In this document: in pieces, positions 10,848 through 21,695 of the stretch
How positions within the stretch are numbered: the stretch's first letter is position 1
How the letters are laid out: every line of letters starts with the position of its first letter
DNA from: Arcobacteraceae bacterium
GTDB lineage: Bacteria > Campylobacterota > Campylobacteria > Campylobacterales > Arcobacteraceae
Length of the DNA stretch: 64,000 nucleotides
Direction: 5' to 3'
NCBI GenBank assembly: GCA_965224485.1
Contig: CBDCZH010000023.1
Location: forward strand, 64,001 to 128,000
The notes under the pieces: generated by a model
What the model saw: the letters and a program-made list of their open reading frames with translations, nothing else
Databases searched by the model: none
What the model was told of the DNA's origin: nothing
Position numbers and translations under genes: made by a program

Positions 10848-10865
10848 TAGAGGCCTAGGCCTCTA
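10848..10865. repeat. Intra-operon 18-bp palindrome after the binding-protein gene (mRNA stem-loop)
   Basis: TAGAGGCCTAGGCCTCTA. Confidence 0.6.
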
Positions 10866-10876
10866 AAATTTGTAAC

Positions 10877-11699
10877 TTAATAATATATTCCATCTACAGT
10901 TAGTTTTCTAACAGGAGAGTCACCATAAAACATCTTATTTAATTCTTTATATCTACCAGTTCTTACTTGTTGGTGAATAAATAAATTCATAAAATTAATC
11001 ATTCCATATTCTGTTCTTTTTACAATAATAGAAACAAAATCATCAAAACCTGGAACAAATGGTCCAGCTTCATAATCTTTATATTTGTCTAACTTTAATA
11101 ATTCAACAATAGTAGTATCAGTTGTAATTAAAGCATCAGCCTTCCCTTGAAGAAGAGCTAAGTGAGTATCACTCTCTTTTTTAGAAGAAAAATAATCAGA
11201 CTCATTCCATCCATTAGCTTTTAAATTCTTTAAAAACTCAGTTTCAGGAGTTGTACTAAGTGCTGCTGTTACTCTTTTTCCTTTTAAATCTTTAAACGTT
11301 TTAATTCCAGAGTCTTTTTTAACCATAGCTTGTAATTTAAATACAAAATAAGGCATAGTAAAACCTGCTGATTTAGCTCTTTCTAACGTATCAGAAGTTG
11401 AACCAATAACAACATCAACTTTACCTGCATTAAGAGCTGGAAGTCTTTGAGCAAAAGACATAGATTTAAGCTCTAATTTAACACCTAAAGATTTAGCTAA
11501 ATCTTTACAATATTCAACATCAAAACCTGCTGGTTTATTTTTTGCATCTCTATAACCCATAGGTGGAAAATCTAGAACAACTCCACATCTAATTGTACCT
11601 TTTGAAAGGATCTTATCTAACTTGTCTGCACTTGCGCTACTTGCTCCAAATGCTAAAACTGATACTGCTACAAACGCTAATTTTTTTCATTAATTTCAT
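10877..11699 (-). CDS. Family 3 solute-binding protein, probably for hydroxyproline (frameshift in an A-run near 11685)
   Basis: The frame extends upstream through ADKLDKILSKGTIRCGVVLDFPPMGYRD to a signal peptide; ATG at 11699 with RBS AAGGA. Confidence 0.82.
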
Positions 11700-11780
11700 T
11701 TTATTTCCTTGATTAATTTTATTTTCCCATTTTTTATATACAATTTTATTCGACACGTAAAATTAGAACCTCCTTTATTA

Positions 11781-13043
11781 TTATTTAGTAAATCTATATA
11801 AACTCATTTTTTTAATATCTTCATTAATATTTGTTTCACTTATTAAATCAGATACTATTTGTCCAGTTAAAGGCGCAAGAGAAACTCCCATCATCGCGTG
11901 CCCAGTTGCTATTGTTAAGTTCTTTATCTCTTTAGATTTTCCAACATAAGGAATACCATCAGGAGAACAAGGTCGTAAACCAGCCCACTGATCTAACATC
12001 TCATCTTCTTGTATATCTAAATTATTAATATATGAATTTGCTGCTTTTCGTATATTATTAATTCGTCTTTTATTAATTGATAAATCATTATCACCTAGCA
12101 TCATAGTTCCACCAAAACGAACCATATTTTCATAAGGTGTAATAGCTACTTTTTTCTCTGCTAATATCATTGGTGTAGAAAAATTTAAAGCCTCATTTTT
12201 ATTTTTTATAAAAGAGAAACCTTTTCCAGCTTGCATAAGTAAGTTAAGATTAAACTTTTTTGCAATTTTTGAGGTATAAATACCTGTGGTAAAAACAAAC
12301 TCCTCTGCTTCAAAAAGATTTAATTTATCATCTACTATTGAAGTTATTTTGTTATTTGTTATATTAATATCGTTAATATTGCAATTTTCAAAAAATTTAA
12401 CTTCATTTTTTTCTAAAAATTTTTTAATTGCCATCATAAAATCATAAGGGTTTATTTTTGAATCTTCTTTATAATACGAAGCCCCCTAAAACATCAAAAG
12501 AAGCTTTTGGTTCTAATAGTTTTAACTCATCTAGATTTAATATTCTTGCATCTAAACCAAGCTCTTTTGCTTTTTTTACTAAATTTTCTTCTTCTATAAG
12601 ACTTTTTTCTTCCTTACAAAGCATTAATAAACCACTTTGTTTTAAATCAAAATCAAAATCATCACATGCATATAATTCTTTATAAAGCTCTAAACTCTTT
12701 ACATTCATATCTCGTAAAAAATGCTTATATTTATCTCTACATGTTTAGTATTACAAAAACTATTAAATTTTATAATCCATTTAAATAAATCTAAATTTAA
12801 ACTTGGTTTTAGAAAAAAAGGCGAATTAGGATTAAACATCCATTTAATTCCTTTTTTTATAATTCCTGGATTAGAAAGTGTTTCAAAATGACTAGGAACT
12901 ATTAGACCAGCATTTCCATACGAGCAGCCCTTACCTATTTCATTTGTTTCATAAACACTTATTTTATAACCTTTTTTAAAAAGATAATAAGCAGAACACA
13001 TTCCACTTATTCCACCACCAATAATTGCAATATCTTTACTCAT
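11781..13043 (-). CDS. FAD-dependent D-amino acid dehydrogenase, probably D-hydroxyproline dehydrogenase (two frameshifts)
   Basis: Three consecutive ORFs carry IIGGGISG/GCSYGNAG, the mid-region, and WAGLRPCSPDG..ATGHAMMG. Lies directly after the 4-Hyp epimerase. Confidence 0.8.
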
Positions 13044-13044
13044 A

Positions 13045-14050
13045 CTAAATCACCACAAAACCGTGAGCATAAGGGTCATCATCATCAATAATAATTGTAT
13101 TTAAACCAGTAATCTTTGCCCAACCTTCAATAGAAGGAATAATTCCATCATAAGAACCTACTTTTACTTCATCTTCAATACGTCCAATAAATTTAGAACC
13201 AATAAAACTCTCATGAATAAACTCATCACCTTTTTTCAATTTTTTTTGTGAGTACAGTTGTGCCATTCTTGCACTAGTTCCTGTTCCACAAGGTGATCTA
13301 TCTATTGCTTTTTCTCCATAAAAAACAGCATTTCTTGCACTTGAACTTTTATCAAGTACTTCTCCTGTCCATTCAATATGCGATAAGCCACATATAGTTT
13401 CATCTTGGGGGTGAACAAAAGTATAAAGCTCATTTAATTTAGCTCTTAAGCTTGAACTCATAGCTATTAATTCAGAAGCTTTAAAATGCTCAATTCCTTT
13501 AAAATTTTCCTGGGGATTTACAATTGCATAAAAATTTCCACCATAAGCTACATCAACTTTTAATTTTCCTAAAACAGATGACTCTACTTCTAAATCTTTA
13601 GAGTGTAAAAAAGAAGCAACATTAATAATTTTTACAGATTTAACTCTATTTTGTGAGTCTTTTTTATAAGTAGCAATTACTAAACCAGCTGGAGTTTCTA
13701 TTCTTAAAACACCTTCAACTTTTGGAGTAACAATCTCTTTTTCGATTAAAACTGTAACCGTTCCAATTGTTCCATGTCCACACATAGGTAAACACCCAGA
13801 AGTTTCAATAAATAAAATAGAGACATCAAAATCCAAACTTGAAGGCTGGTAAACTATTGTTCCACTCATCATATCATGACCCCGTGGTTCAAACATAAGA
13901 CCAGTTCTAATCCAATCAAATTCTTTTAAAAAGTGCTGTCTTTTTTTCTCTCATAGTATCACCTTTTAATAAAGGTGCTCCCCCACAAATAACACGAACA
14001 GGATTACCACAAGTATGAGCATCAACACAAAAAAATGTTTTACTAGACAT
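13045..14050 (-). CDS. 4-hydroxyproline 2-epimerase, Cys/Cys proline racemase family (frameshift near 13945)
   Basis: MSSKTFFCVDAHTCGNPVR from ATG 14050; ETSGCLPMCGH and DRSPCGTG. Confidence 0.88.
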
Positions 14051-14060
14051 CTTAAACTCC

Positions 14061-14996
14061 TTAGTTAAATTTTTCTTTTACTAATCTAGCTGCTGCTAAA
14101 TCTTCTAAGCCATGACCTACTGATTTAAAAAGAGTAATAGAGTTTTCTGAAACTCTACCTTTGTGTAAACCTCTACATAATTTAAACAAGTCAGCTTTAA
14201 TATCAGCTTCATTTATAAGACCTTTATCTAAAGGAATTTTAATATCACCTGTTTCTTTTTTCGCCATATTTGTATCTATATAAATATCAACTAACTTAAT
14301 TAACGCATCATCAGCTTCTCTCATATCAGGCTTATAAGCCCCAATTAAATCAACATGCTGACCAGGCTTTAAATACTTTCCTAAAATCAAAGCAGTAGAA
14401 CTTAGTGTTGCACAAGAAATAATATCTACGTTTGATATTTCATCTTCTATGTTATTAATAGCAATTGCTTTAAAATCACCTTTTAACTTATCAACTATGT
14501 CTAAAGCTTTCTTTTTATCTCTACCCCAAATATAAACATCTTTTATAGGTCTAACACTAGCATGAGCACGAACTAATTGTTCACTTAAAGCCCCTGTTCC
14601 AACAACTAAAATAGAAGAAGAATCTTTTTTACTAAGATAAGAGCTAGCAAGTGCAGAAGCAGCTGCTGTTCTTTTAGCTGTTAAAGCTTTTCCATCCATT
14701 AAAGCATCAATAGATCCATTTTTAGCATTAAATAAAAGATACAAACCTTGAATTGCAGGTAAGTCATATTTTGCATTATTAGGGCTTACAGTTACTATTT
14801 TTACACCCAATGCTTCACTTTCACTCCAAGCTGGCATTAAAAGTAAAGTAGAATCAATACCTTCTGTTGGATTCTTATAATCATGATGATGTCGTGCTGG
14901 CACTTTTATATCTTTTATAAAAGCTTCCCTCAAAGCTTTTATTAAAGAGGGATAATCTAGTGCTTTATTTACTTCATCTTTTGAATAGAATTTCAT
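14061..14996 (-). CDS. Ornithine cyclodeaminase/mu-crystallin family, probably Delta1-pyrroline-2-carboxylate reductase
   Basis: LTAKRTAAASALA, VGTG and FKSVG..LEDL motifs; hydroxyproline context. Confidence 0.82.
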   Translation of the reverse strand: MKFYSKDEVNKALDYPSLIKALREAFIKDIKVPARHHHDYKNPTEGIDSTLLLMPAWSESEALGVKIVTVSPNNAKYDLPAIQGLYLLFNAKNGSIDALMDGKALTAKRTAAASALASSYLSKKDSSSILVVGTGALSEQLVRAHASVRPIKDVYIWGRDKKKALDIVDKLKGDFKAIAINNIEDEISNVDIISCATLSSTALILGKYLKPGQHVDLIGAYKPDMREADDALIKLVDIYIDTNMAKKETGDIKIPLDKGLINEADIKADLFKLCRGLHKGRVSENSITLFKSVGHGLEDLAAARLVKEKFN

Positions 14997-16578
14997 AAAC
15001 TTTCTTTAGAATACTCATCGTTTACTAAACGTAAAATATTTAAAGGATTTTCATCTCTTAACTCAAGAGGAAGTAAAAACGATGGGCAATCTTGAAAACA
15101 AACTGGTCTTACAAATCTTTTAATAGCTCCTGTTCCAACTGAAGTAAATCTAGCATCAGTTGCAGCTGGAAAAGGACCACCATGTTGCATTGAAGCACAA
15201 ACTTCAACACCTGTTGGAACACCATTAAATAGTATTCTTCCACATTTATTCTCTAAGGCAAGAATTTGATTCTCAAAAGTTTTCATTTCATTTTCTTCAC
15301 CCATAACAGTTGCACTTAATTGTCCATCAAGACTAAAAATTACTTCATCTAATTGTTTAATATCATCACATTCAACTATTATTGAATAAGGTCCAAAAAC
15401 TTCTTCTTGTAGTTTTGGATTTTTAATAAAATCAAGAGCAGATACAGAAGTTACTACAGCTTTTCCTTGTGAAGCTAAATTATCTTCAAAGGCTTGGGCT
15501 ACTAGAGTAATTCCATGTTGTTTTAAAGCTTCGTCTTTATTACTCTCATAAGCTTCTTGAATACTTTTAGATAACATTTCAGAAGGTTTAACCTTAGAAA
15601 TTTCTTCAGCTAAATCTTTTTTAAATTCTTCAAAGTTTTTCATCTTTTAAAGCTATGATTAGTCCGGGGTTTGTACAAAATTGTCCAGAACCTAAAGTAA
15701 TAGAAAAAGAGTATGTCGCTGCTAATTTTTTAGTATCTTTTAAAGAAGATGGTAAAAATAAACAAGGATTAATACTTCCCATTTCTGCAAAAACAGGAAT
15801 TGGAGTTTTTCTACTATTTGCTAATTCAAAAAGTTTCATACCAGCATTTGTTGAACCTGTAAAACCAACAGCTTTTATTACTTCATCTAAAACAATTTGC
15901 TGTCCTACAGTTCTTCCACTTCCATGAACCATACAAAATGTACCAATCAGGCATATTTGTTTTTATAACTGCTTTTATAATAGCACTTGCTATTAATTCA
16001 GAAGTTCCACTATGAGAAGAGTGAGCTTTTACAATAACAGGACACCCAGCTGCTAGAGCTGAAGCTGTATCTCCACCTGCACAAGCAAATGCTAAAGGAA
16101 AATTACTTGCTTCAAAAACACTAACAACCCCAAGAGGTCTTAGCATTTTTCGCAAATCATTTCTAGGAAGTGGAGCTCTATTGGGAAGTGCTTCATCTAT
16201 GCTAGCTTCAACCCAAGAACCTTCTCTTAAAAGTTTTGAGAACATCTTGATTTGACCAATAGTTCGCCCTCTCTCCCCTTCAATTCTAGGTCGAGGAAGA
16301 TTTGACTCACTCATAGTTCTTACAATTAATTCATCACCTAAGTTCATGATTTCTTCTGCAATTGCATCTAAAAAATCAGCTCTTTGTATTTGAGAAGTTT
16401 GTTTATACATAATAAAAGCCCCATTAGCCTTATTCAATACTTCTTTAACTTCATCTTTTGTTGCGTGAAAGAATTCACCTTCTAAAGCAACATTACTGTT
16501 AATATCATATAATTTTGAACTTTTATCACCTTTTGCTGATAAAACATTTCCAATAAAGTTTTTACCGTGTATACTCAA
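14993..16578 (-). CDS. Alpha-ketoglutaric semialdehyde dehydrogenase (two frameshifts, near 15945 and 15638)
   Basis: ASNFPLAF..GGDTASALAAG, FTGS, AEMGSINP, GQFCTNPG, EEVFGP and HGGPFPA across three ORFs. Likely start is TTG 16578 (MSIHGKNFIG) with RBS AAGGA. Confidence 0.88.
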
Positions 16579-16592
16579 TTTATATCCTTTTT

Positions 16593-16647
16593 TTATAATG
16601 CTGGTAGTTGTAACTGCTGGATAAACTCCAATAAATTTACATTTCAT
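16593..16647 (-). pseudogene. Deletion stub of a DHDPS-family gene
   Basis: MKCKFIGVYPAVTT (DHDPS-family N-terminal G-V-x-P-A-x-x-T pattern) joined directly to CCA GCA TTA TAA. Confidence 0.65.
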
Positions 16648-16705
16648 ACTAAGCATTTTAGATTAATTTAATTTTTTTGTTTCTATCATACTATCAATAT
16701 ATAAG

Positions 16706-16740
16706 TAATATATCACGTGATATATCAAGTAGTATATCAC
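16706..16740. promoter_or_regulatory. Three TGATATATCA-like boxes, candidate GntR operator (copy 1)
   Basis: TAATATATCA (16706), TGATATATCA (16718) and AGTATATCAC (16731). Includes the 18-bp palindrome ATATATCACGTGATATAT. Confidence 0.65.
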
Positions 16741-16781
16741 AGCTATTTTTGCTTTTTACTTAAAATGAACTTAAATTAAAA

Positions 16782-16920
16782 GCATATATATATGCTTTGA
16801 TTTACGTCTTTCTATGCTCAACAGTTGTAAGTGTCTTTAAAATAATACTTCAAACACCAAGTGTTGCACAATTATTTATAATGTACTAACATCTCTTATT
16901 ACTTTATATGTAATACTCAC
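16782..16920 (+). pseudogene. Decayed 5' fragment of the EamA gene at 18153
   Basis: Reads AYIYALIYVFLCSTVVSVFKIILQTPSVAQL versus AYIYALIAVFLWSSVASVFKITLAILSVAQL in the intact gene. The start codon is deleted. Confidence 0.75.
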
Positions 16921-16993
16921 GAGTGCAAATACGAAGGCTGACACAAAAAGCCCAGTAAAAACACAGCTTTCTCTTTTTGAATATTTGTAAGGG

Positions 16994-17962
16994 TTAATCT
17001 AATAAACCCAAGGCTTCAACTCTTTGTTTTGCTAGAGTATATCTTGCTCGAACATCTTCTATTTGCTCTTTTGTTAATTTCACACCAAGAGTTCGAAGTC
17101 CTCCAACAGCATCATTATGATGAATTCCCATTGCAAACTTAAGGTATTCCATAAGCAGCGGCTGACCATCAAGATATGAAATAGAGTTCATAGCCTGAGA
17201 AACTTTAAAAGCCTCTGCCCATTCTCCTTTTAAAACATACTCCTGCATAGTAACACTAGCTTTTGGGAAGATAGTACCTACACCTGTAATACCACCGCAT
17301 GCTCCAGCAAGTCCAGCATATACAGTAACAGTATCAACACCTGCCAAGATTTTTAAATCTTTGTTCTGCAACATTAGTGTTTCAATAGTTGAAACATCAA
17401 TAGTTGATATTTTAAGAGCAACTACTTCAGGTAGCTTAGCTAGTTTTCTAAGAGTATCTATTGAGATCGCATGATATCCGGCTGCATCAGGGTTGTTGTA
17501 AGGCATAATTGTTACTCCTGCCTCTTTTGCAGCTGTTGCAGCAAGAGCATAGTACGCATACATATCTTCATTTGAAGGAAGATCTAACGTTTTTGGAGGC
17601 ATAACCATAACTGTATCTACACCAACCGTTGCTAGTCCTGCAATGATTTTAGCAATCTCTTCTTTAGTTTCTGCCACAGCTCCACTGATCAATGGAACAT
17701 TATATTTTTTAGCAACGCAAGAAAGGGATTTAAGTAGTGAGAGACGCTGTTCGCGACTTAGGTAACTATTCTCACCTAAAGTACCAGAAGCAACAAGTCC
17801 GCCCATTCTGCTTCCGCCCTTTCCTTCCGCTTTTAAAACATATTCAGCCTGTCTTCGTGTTTCATCAAAGTCAATTTCAATGGCACCGGATTCTGACTCT
17901 TTTAGCCATGTAAACACGGCGGGCATAACTGTATAAAGCCAATCTGTATTAGTTGTTTCCAT
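16994..17962 (-). CDS. DHDPS/NAL-family protein, probably Delta1-pyrroline-4-hydroxy-2-carboxylate deaminase
   Basis: VMPAVFT, GTLGE, YNNP and the Schiff-base Lys in ALKIS. Noticeably more GC-rich than its neighbours. Confidence 0.75.
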   Translation of the reverse strand: METTNTDWLYTVMPAVFTWLKESESGAIEIDFDETRRQAEYVLKAEGKGGSRMGGLVASGTLGENSYLSREQRLSLLKSLSCVAKKYNVPLISGAVAETKEEIAKIIAGLATVGVDTVMVMPPKTLDLPSNEDMYAYYALAATAAKEAGVTIMPYNNPDAAGYHAISIDTLRKLAKLPEVVALKISTIDVSTIETLMLQNKDLKILAGVDTVTVYAGLAGACGGITGVGTIFPKASVTMQEYVLKGEWAEAFKVSQAMNSISYLDGQPLLMEYLKFAMGIHHNDAVGGLRTLGVKLTKEQIEDVRARYTLAKQRVEALGLLD

Positions 17963-18065
17963 TATCTTACCTTTTGTTTAAAAATTAAATCAAATAAATT
18001 ATTTGATTTAATCCTTTTAACTTAGTTTAATTTTTTTGTTTGTATCATGGTTATTAATATATTCG

Positions 18066-18099
18066 TGATATATTAATTGATATATCAGCAGTATATCAC
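18066..18099. promoter_or_regulatory. Three TGATATATCA-like boxes, candidate GntR operator (copy 2)
   Basis: TGATATATTA (18066), TGATATATCA (18078) and AGTATATCAC (18090). Confidence 0.65.
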
Positions 18100-18152
18100 A
18101 TCTATTTTTATTTTAAACTTAAAAAAATCTTAAATTAAAGAAAAGAGTATCT

Positions 18153-19076
18153 ATGGAAAATTTTGATATTAAAAATCAAAAGCAAGCTTATATTTACGCA
18201 CTAATAGCCGTTTTCCTTTGGTCTAGTGTTGCAAGTGTTTTTAAAATCACACTTGCAATATTAAGTGTAGCCCAGCTTGTTTTATACTCTGTACTAACAT
18301 CTGTTATAGTATTATTAATTCTAGTACTTATTAAAAAACTGCATAAAGAAGTAATAAGTCATTTTAAAAAACACTTTAAACTTATACTTCTTTTAGGTAT
18401 TTTAAATCCTTTTTTACAATATATAATTTTATTTAAAGCTTATGACCTCTTACCAGTTCAAGAAGCCCAAACAATTAATTTTACTTGGGCTTTAATGCTT
18501 ACATATTTAAGTATTCCACTTTTAGGTCATAAAGCAAAGTTTACTGATTTACTTGCAGGTTTTATTTGTTATTTTGGAGTTTTAATTATTGCAACAAAAG
18601 GTCATCCCTTCTCTTTGGAGTTCTCAAACCTATATGGAGTATTTTTAGCCTTATTAACAACAGTTATTTGGTCTTTATATTGGATATTTAATACAAAACT
18701 AAAAGTTAAGCCAATAGTTGGGCTTTTTTGTAATTTTGTTATTGCTTTACCTTTTGTTTTAATATACTTTACATATGTAGAAGATTTTTCTCTTATTCCT
18801 TTAAAAGGTTTAGGTGGGGCCATTTACATTGGTTTATTTGAAATGAGTATTACTTTTATGTTTTGGTTACAAGCTATGAAACTAACTACTTCAACGGCAA
18901 AAATAGCAAACTTGATTTTTATAGCACCTTTTTTATCTTTAATATTTATATATTTTTTAGTAGGAGAAGAAATTTTATACTCAACGATTATTGGTTTAAT
19001 TCTTATAGTTATAGGTTTATTAGTACAACAAGCAAATACAATAAAACAAAAATTTAAAAAAAATAAAACTATTTAA
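18153..19076 (+). CDS. EamA/DMT family transporter
   Basis: About 10 TM segments; LLGILNPFL..YDLLP.QEAQ.INFTW. Confidence 0.88.
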   Translation: MENFDIKNQKQAYIYALIAVFLWSSVASVFKITLAILSVAQLVLYSVLTSVIVLLILVLIKKLHKEVISHFKKHFKLILLLGILNPFLQYIILFKAYDLLPVQEAQTINFTWALMLTYLSIPLLGHKAKFTDLLAGFICYFGVLIIATKGHPFSLEFSNLYGVFLALLTTVIWSLYWIFNTKLKVKPIVGLFCNFVIALPFVLIYFTYVEDFSLIPLKGLGGAIYIGLFEMSITFMFWLQAMKLTTSTAKIANLIFIAPFLSLIFIYFLVGEEILYSTIIGLILIVIGLLVQQANTIKQKFKKNKTI

Positions 19077-19851
19077 TAAAATATCTTCCTTTATTGCTTT
19101 GAAGTTCTAAAGGAAGATCAAAAACTTCAGATATATTTTGGCTTGTTAAAATATCTTCTTTTAAACCTTGTTTATATATTTTATTCTTGGCTATTAAAGC
19201 TATATTAGTAATTTCACTTATAATTTCTTCTATATGATGGGTTATAACAATAATTGTTAATTTTTTTGATAGTTTTTTCATTAAAGCTAAAAACTCTCTT
19301 TGTGCTTTTATATCTAATCCACTTGTTGGTTCATCTAATAATAAAGCCTTAGGATCAAAGATAAGGGCTCTTGCTATTAAACACTTACGTAATTCACCAG
19401 TTGACATATGACGTACTTTTTTATCTCTTAAATACTCTATATTTAAGTACTGTATAATTTCATTTGTTTTTTCATCTTGTTGCTTGGTATATATATGATG
19501 TTTTTGCTTACCTAAAGAAGCATAAAAAGATGAGCGAATTAGTTCAAAAGCACTTGCATTATTACAATGATAATAAAACTCATTTTGTAAGTCATTACTA
19601 ACTATTCCTAAATGTTTTTTAAGTTCAAAAATATCCCAAGTATCTTTTTCAAATATTTTTTTAGTAAAGGTATAATGAGTATTGGGATACAAATCATTTG
19701 AAATTAGTTTTAAAAAAGTAGATTTACCAGAACCATTTGCTCCTAGTATACACCAATGTTCACCCTCTTTAATCTTTATATTTATATTTTGTAGAACTAA
19801 ATATCTATAATCATAACCTATATTTACATTTTTAAATTCCAAAATATTCAT
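19069..19851 (-). CDS. ABC ATP-binding protein (ModF-like)
   Basis: GANGSGKST, MSTGE, LDEPTSGLD and THHIEEI. Confidence 0.85.
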   Translation of the reverse strand: MNILEFKNVNIGYDYRYLVLQNINIKIKEGEHWCILGANGSGKSTFLKLISNDLYPNTHYTFTKKIFEKDTWDIFELKKHLGIVSNDLQNEFYYHCNNASAFELIRSSFYASLGKQKHHIYTKQQDEKTNEIIQYLNIEYLRDKKVRHMSTGELRKCLIARALIFDPKALLLDEPTSGLDIKAQREFLALMKKLSKKLTIIVITHHIEEIISEITNIALIAKNKIYKQGLKEDILTSQNISEVFDLPLELQSNKGRYFIK

Positions 19852-19939
19852 TTTATTCTCACTTAATTAAATTTTCTTAACTATTTTACTATTTTTATGT
19901 TAAAATCTGATATATTATAAATATATTAAAGGAAAAACA

Positions 19940-20788
19940 ATGACATACAAAAAATTATTCTTCCCTATTGGTGGAGGAGAAGAGCTTAGAGAGAGAATTC
20001 ATGGTGCGTTAATTATTGGAAAATATTTCAATGCCCATTTAGAAATTTTTAAAGCGCAAGCAAAACCAAGCCAAATAATGCATATTGATGAGAGTTTACC
20101 TGATACAATTTTAAGAGAATTAAATGCAATTGCCCAGCATAATCAAGAAAAAGATCTTCACAAACATGAAATAATTTTTGAAGAAGAATTAAATAAAGTG
20201 GGCAATATCAACTCAAAAAAAGCCATCAAAGATAAGCCAAGTGCAAGTATAATTACAGGAGATGGTTATAGAAGTAAACTAATAGAACAAGAATCAAAAT
20301 ATTGTGATTTAGTTATTGTTTCTTCGCCTCATAATGGAAGATTAACAGCTACTTTTGAAACAACAGTAATAAAAAGTGGAAAACCAGCTTTAATGTTTCC
20401 AAGAGAAATGACAAGTTTTTCAACTAACAATATTTTAATAGCTTGGAATAATTCTCCTGAAGCCTCAAGAGCTTTAACAGAAGCTATTCCTCTTATGAAA
20501 GAAGCTAAAAAAGTACAGATAATAACATCAAAAGAATATTCTCCAACAGAGAAAAATATTAAAAAGCTACAAGAGTACTTAGAAATACATGATATTAGTA
20601 CTACTTACGAAATAGTTAAAACTACTAAAACTCCTGGTGAAGCTTTATTAAAATATGCACAAAAAGGTAATTATGATTTAATTATTGCAGGTGCTTTTGG
20701 ACAAAAAGGTTTACGAGAACTTATGTTAGGTGGAACAACTAAATATATTTTAGAAAATAGTAATATTCCTATTTTTATGGCTCATTAA
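19940..20788 (+). CDS. Universal stress protein (tandem USP)
   Basis: AWNNSPEASRA, DLIIAGAFG..LRELMLGGTT and IPIFMAH. Confidence 0.88.
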   Translation: MTYKKLFFPIGGGEELRERIHGALIIGKYFNAHLEIFKAQAKPSQIMHIDESLPDTILRELNAIAQHNQEKDLHKHEIIFEEELNKVGNINSKKAIKDKPSASIITGDGYRSKLIEQESKYCDLVIVSSPHNGRLTATFETTVIKSGKPALMFPREMTSFSTNNILIAWNNSPEASRALTEAIPLMKEAKKVQIITSKEYSPTEKNIKKLQEYLEIHDISTTYEIVKTTKTPGEALLKYAQKGNYDLIIAGAFGQKGLRELMLGGTTKYILENSNIPIFMAH

Positions 20789-20792
20789 GACT

Positions 20793-20823
20793 AAACTTAA
20801 CTAATTTTTAATTAGTTAAGTTT
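20793..20823 (+). terminator. Stem-loop after the USP gene
   Basis: AAACTTAACTAATT / AATTAGTTAAGTTT inverted repeat. Confidence 0.6.
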
Positions 20824-21534
20824 AAAAACTCTCTTTAGTTTAGGCTACTTTTTAAAAATGTTTTTCCCTCTTCATCTTTTAGAAATATTATGCCAAGATT
20901 TCAAAAAAAACTTTTTATTATAAATTAAAGATTTATATAAATTCTATGGAATGACCCCACTTAACTAGACATTTACTTACTCTGCAAAAACCTACTATTT
21001 TGAGATCATTTCATGATACCTTTTTTCAAATTCATTTGGAGAAATACTTCCCACATAACTATGTCTTCTTTTTGAATTATAAAACATTTCAATATATTTA
21101 AATATCTTCGAACTTGCTTCTTTTCTTCTTTTAAACACTTCTTTTCTAACTAATTCTCTTTTTATTGTTTTGAAAAAACTTTCAGCCACTGCATTATCAT
21201 AACAGTTACCACGTCTGCTCATACTTAGAGTGATATTATGACTTTTTGCTAAGTTAACGTTAGATTCATTTTTACTTATTCTCAATACTGCTTTAGATAA
21301 AGCATTTTCAATTAAATCAGTAGTTTGTCTACTTCCTGTTGCCAACCTATTATTTTTCTATAAAATAAATCTAATACAGTTGCAAGATACAACCAGCCCT
21401 CATGTGTGCGAATGTAAGTAATATCACTAGGATTTGATGTATTAAAATATTGTTTTAAAAGATTTGAATGTGCTTTATGTATTGAACCAGCCATACTTCT
21501 AGGCTTTTTCTTATACATCATAATAACCACTTCG

Positions 21535-21562
21535 GCACCCCCAAGGGTATTTCTTTCAGGGC
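21535..21562 (-). mobile_element. 28-bp micro-insert in IS3 orfB
   Basis: GCCCTGAAAGAAATACCCTTGGGGGTGC inserted at AAAGTACAT^CG. Removing it restores KVH-RSGYYD. Confidence 0.75.
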
Positions 21563-21660
21563 ATGTACTTTCATTACTTTACATAGTTTACTAATTCTAT
21601 AAATTGAACTATGTTCTTTAATATAAAAATATTTTAATTTATGTGGCTTGCAAAGTACAT

Positions 21661-21695
21661 GCTGTGAGTGAAAAGAGGAAATACTCTTGGGGTGC
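21661..21695 (+). mobile_element. 35-bp micro-insert in IS3 orfA
   Basis: GCTGTGAGTGAAAAGAGGAAATACTCTTGGGGTGC inserted at AAAGTACAT^CG. Removing it restores LKKAA-MYFASHIN*. Confidence 0.75.

Noticed and set aside
16579..16656. N-terminal extension of the aldehyde dehydrogenase ORF (MLSMKCKF...)
   Set aside because: A good RBS and TTG lie at 16578. The extension is in-frame read-through of the DHDPS stub.
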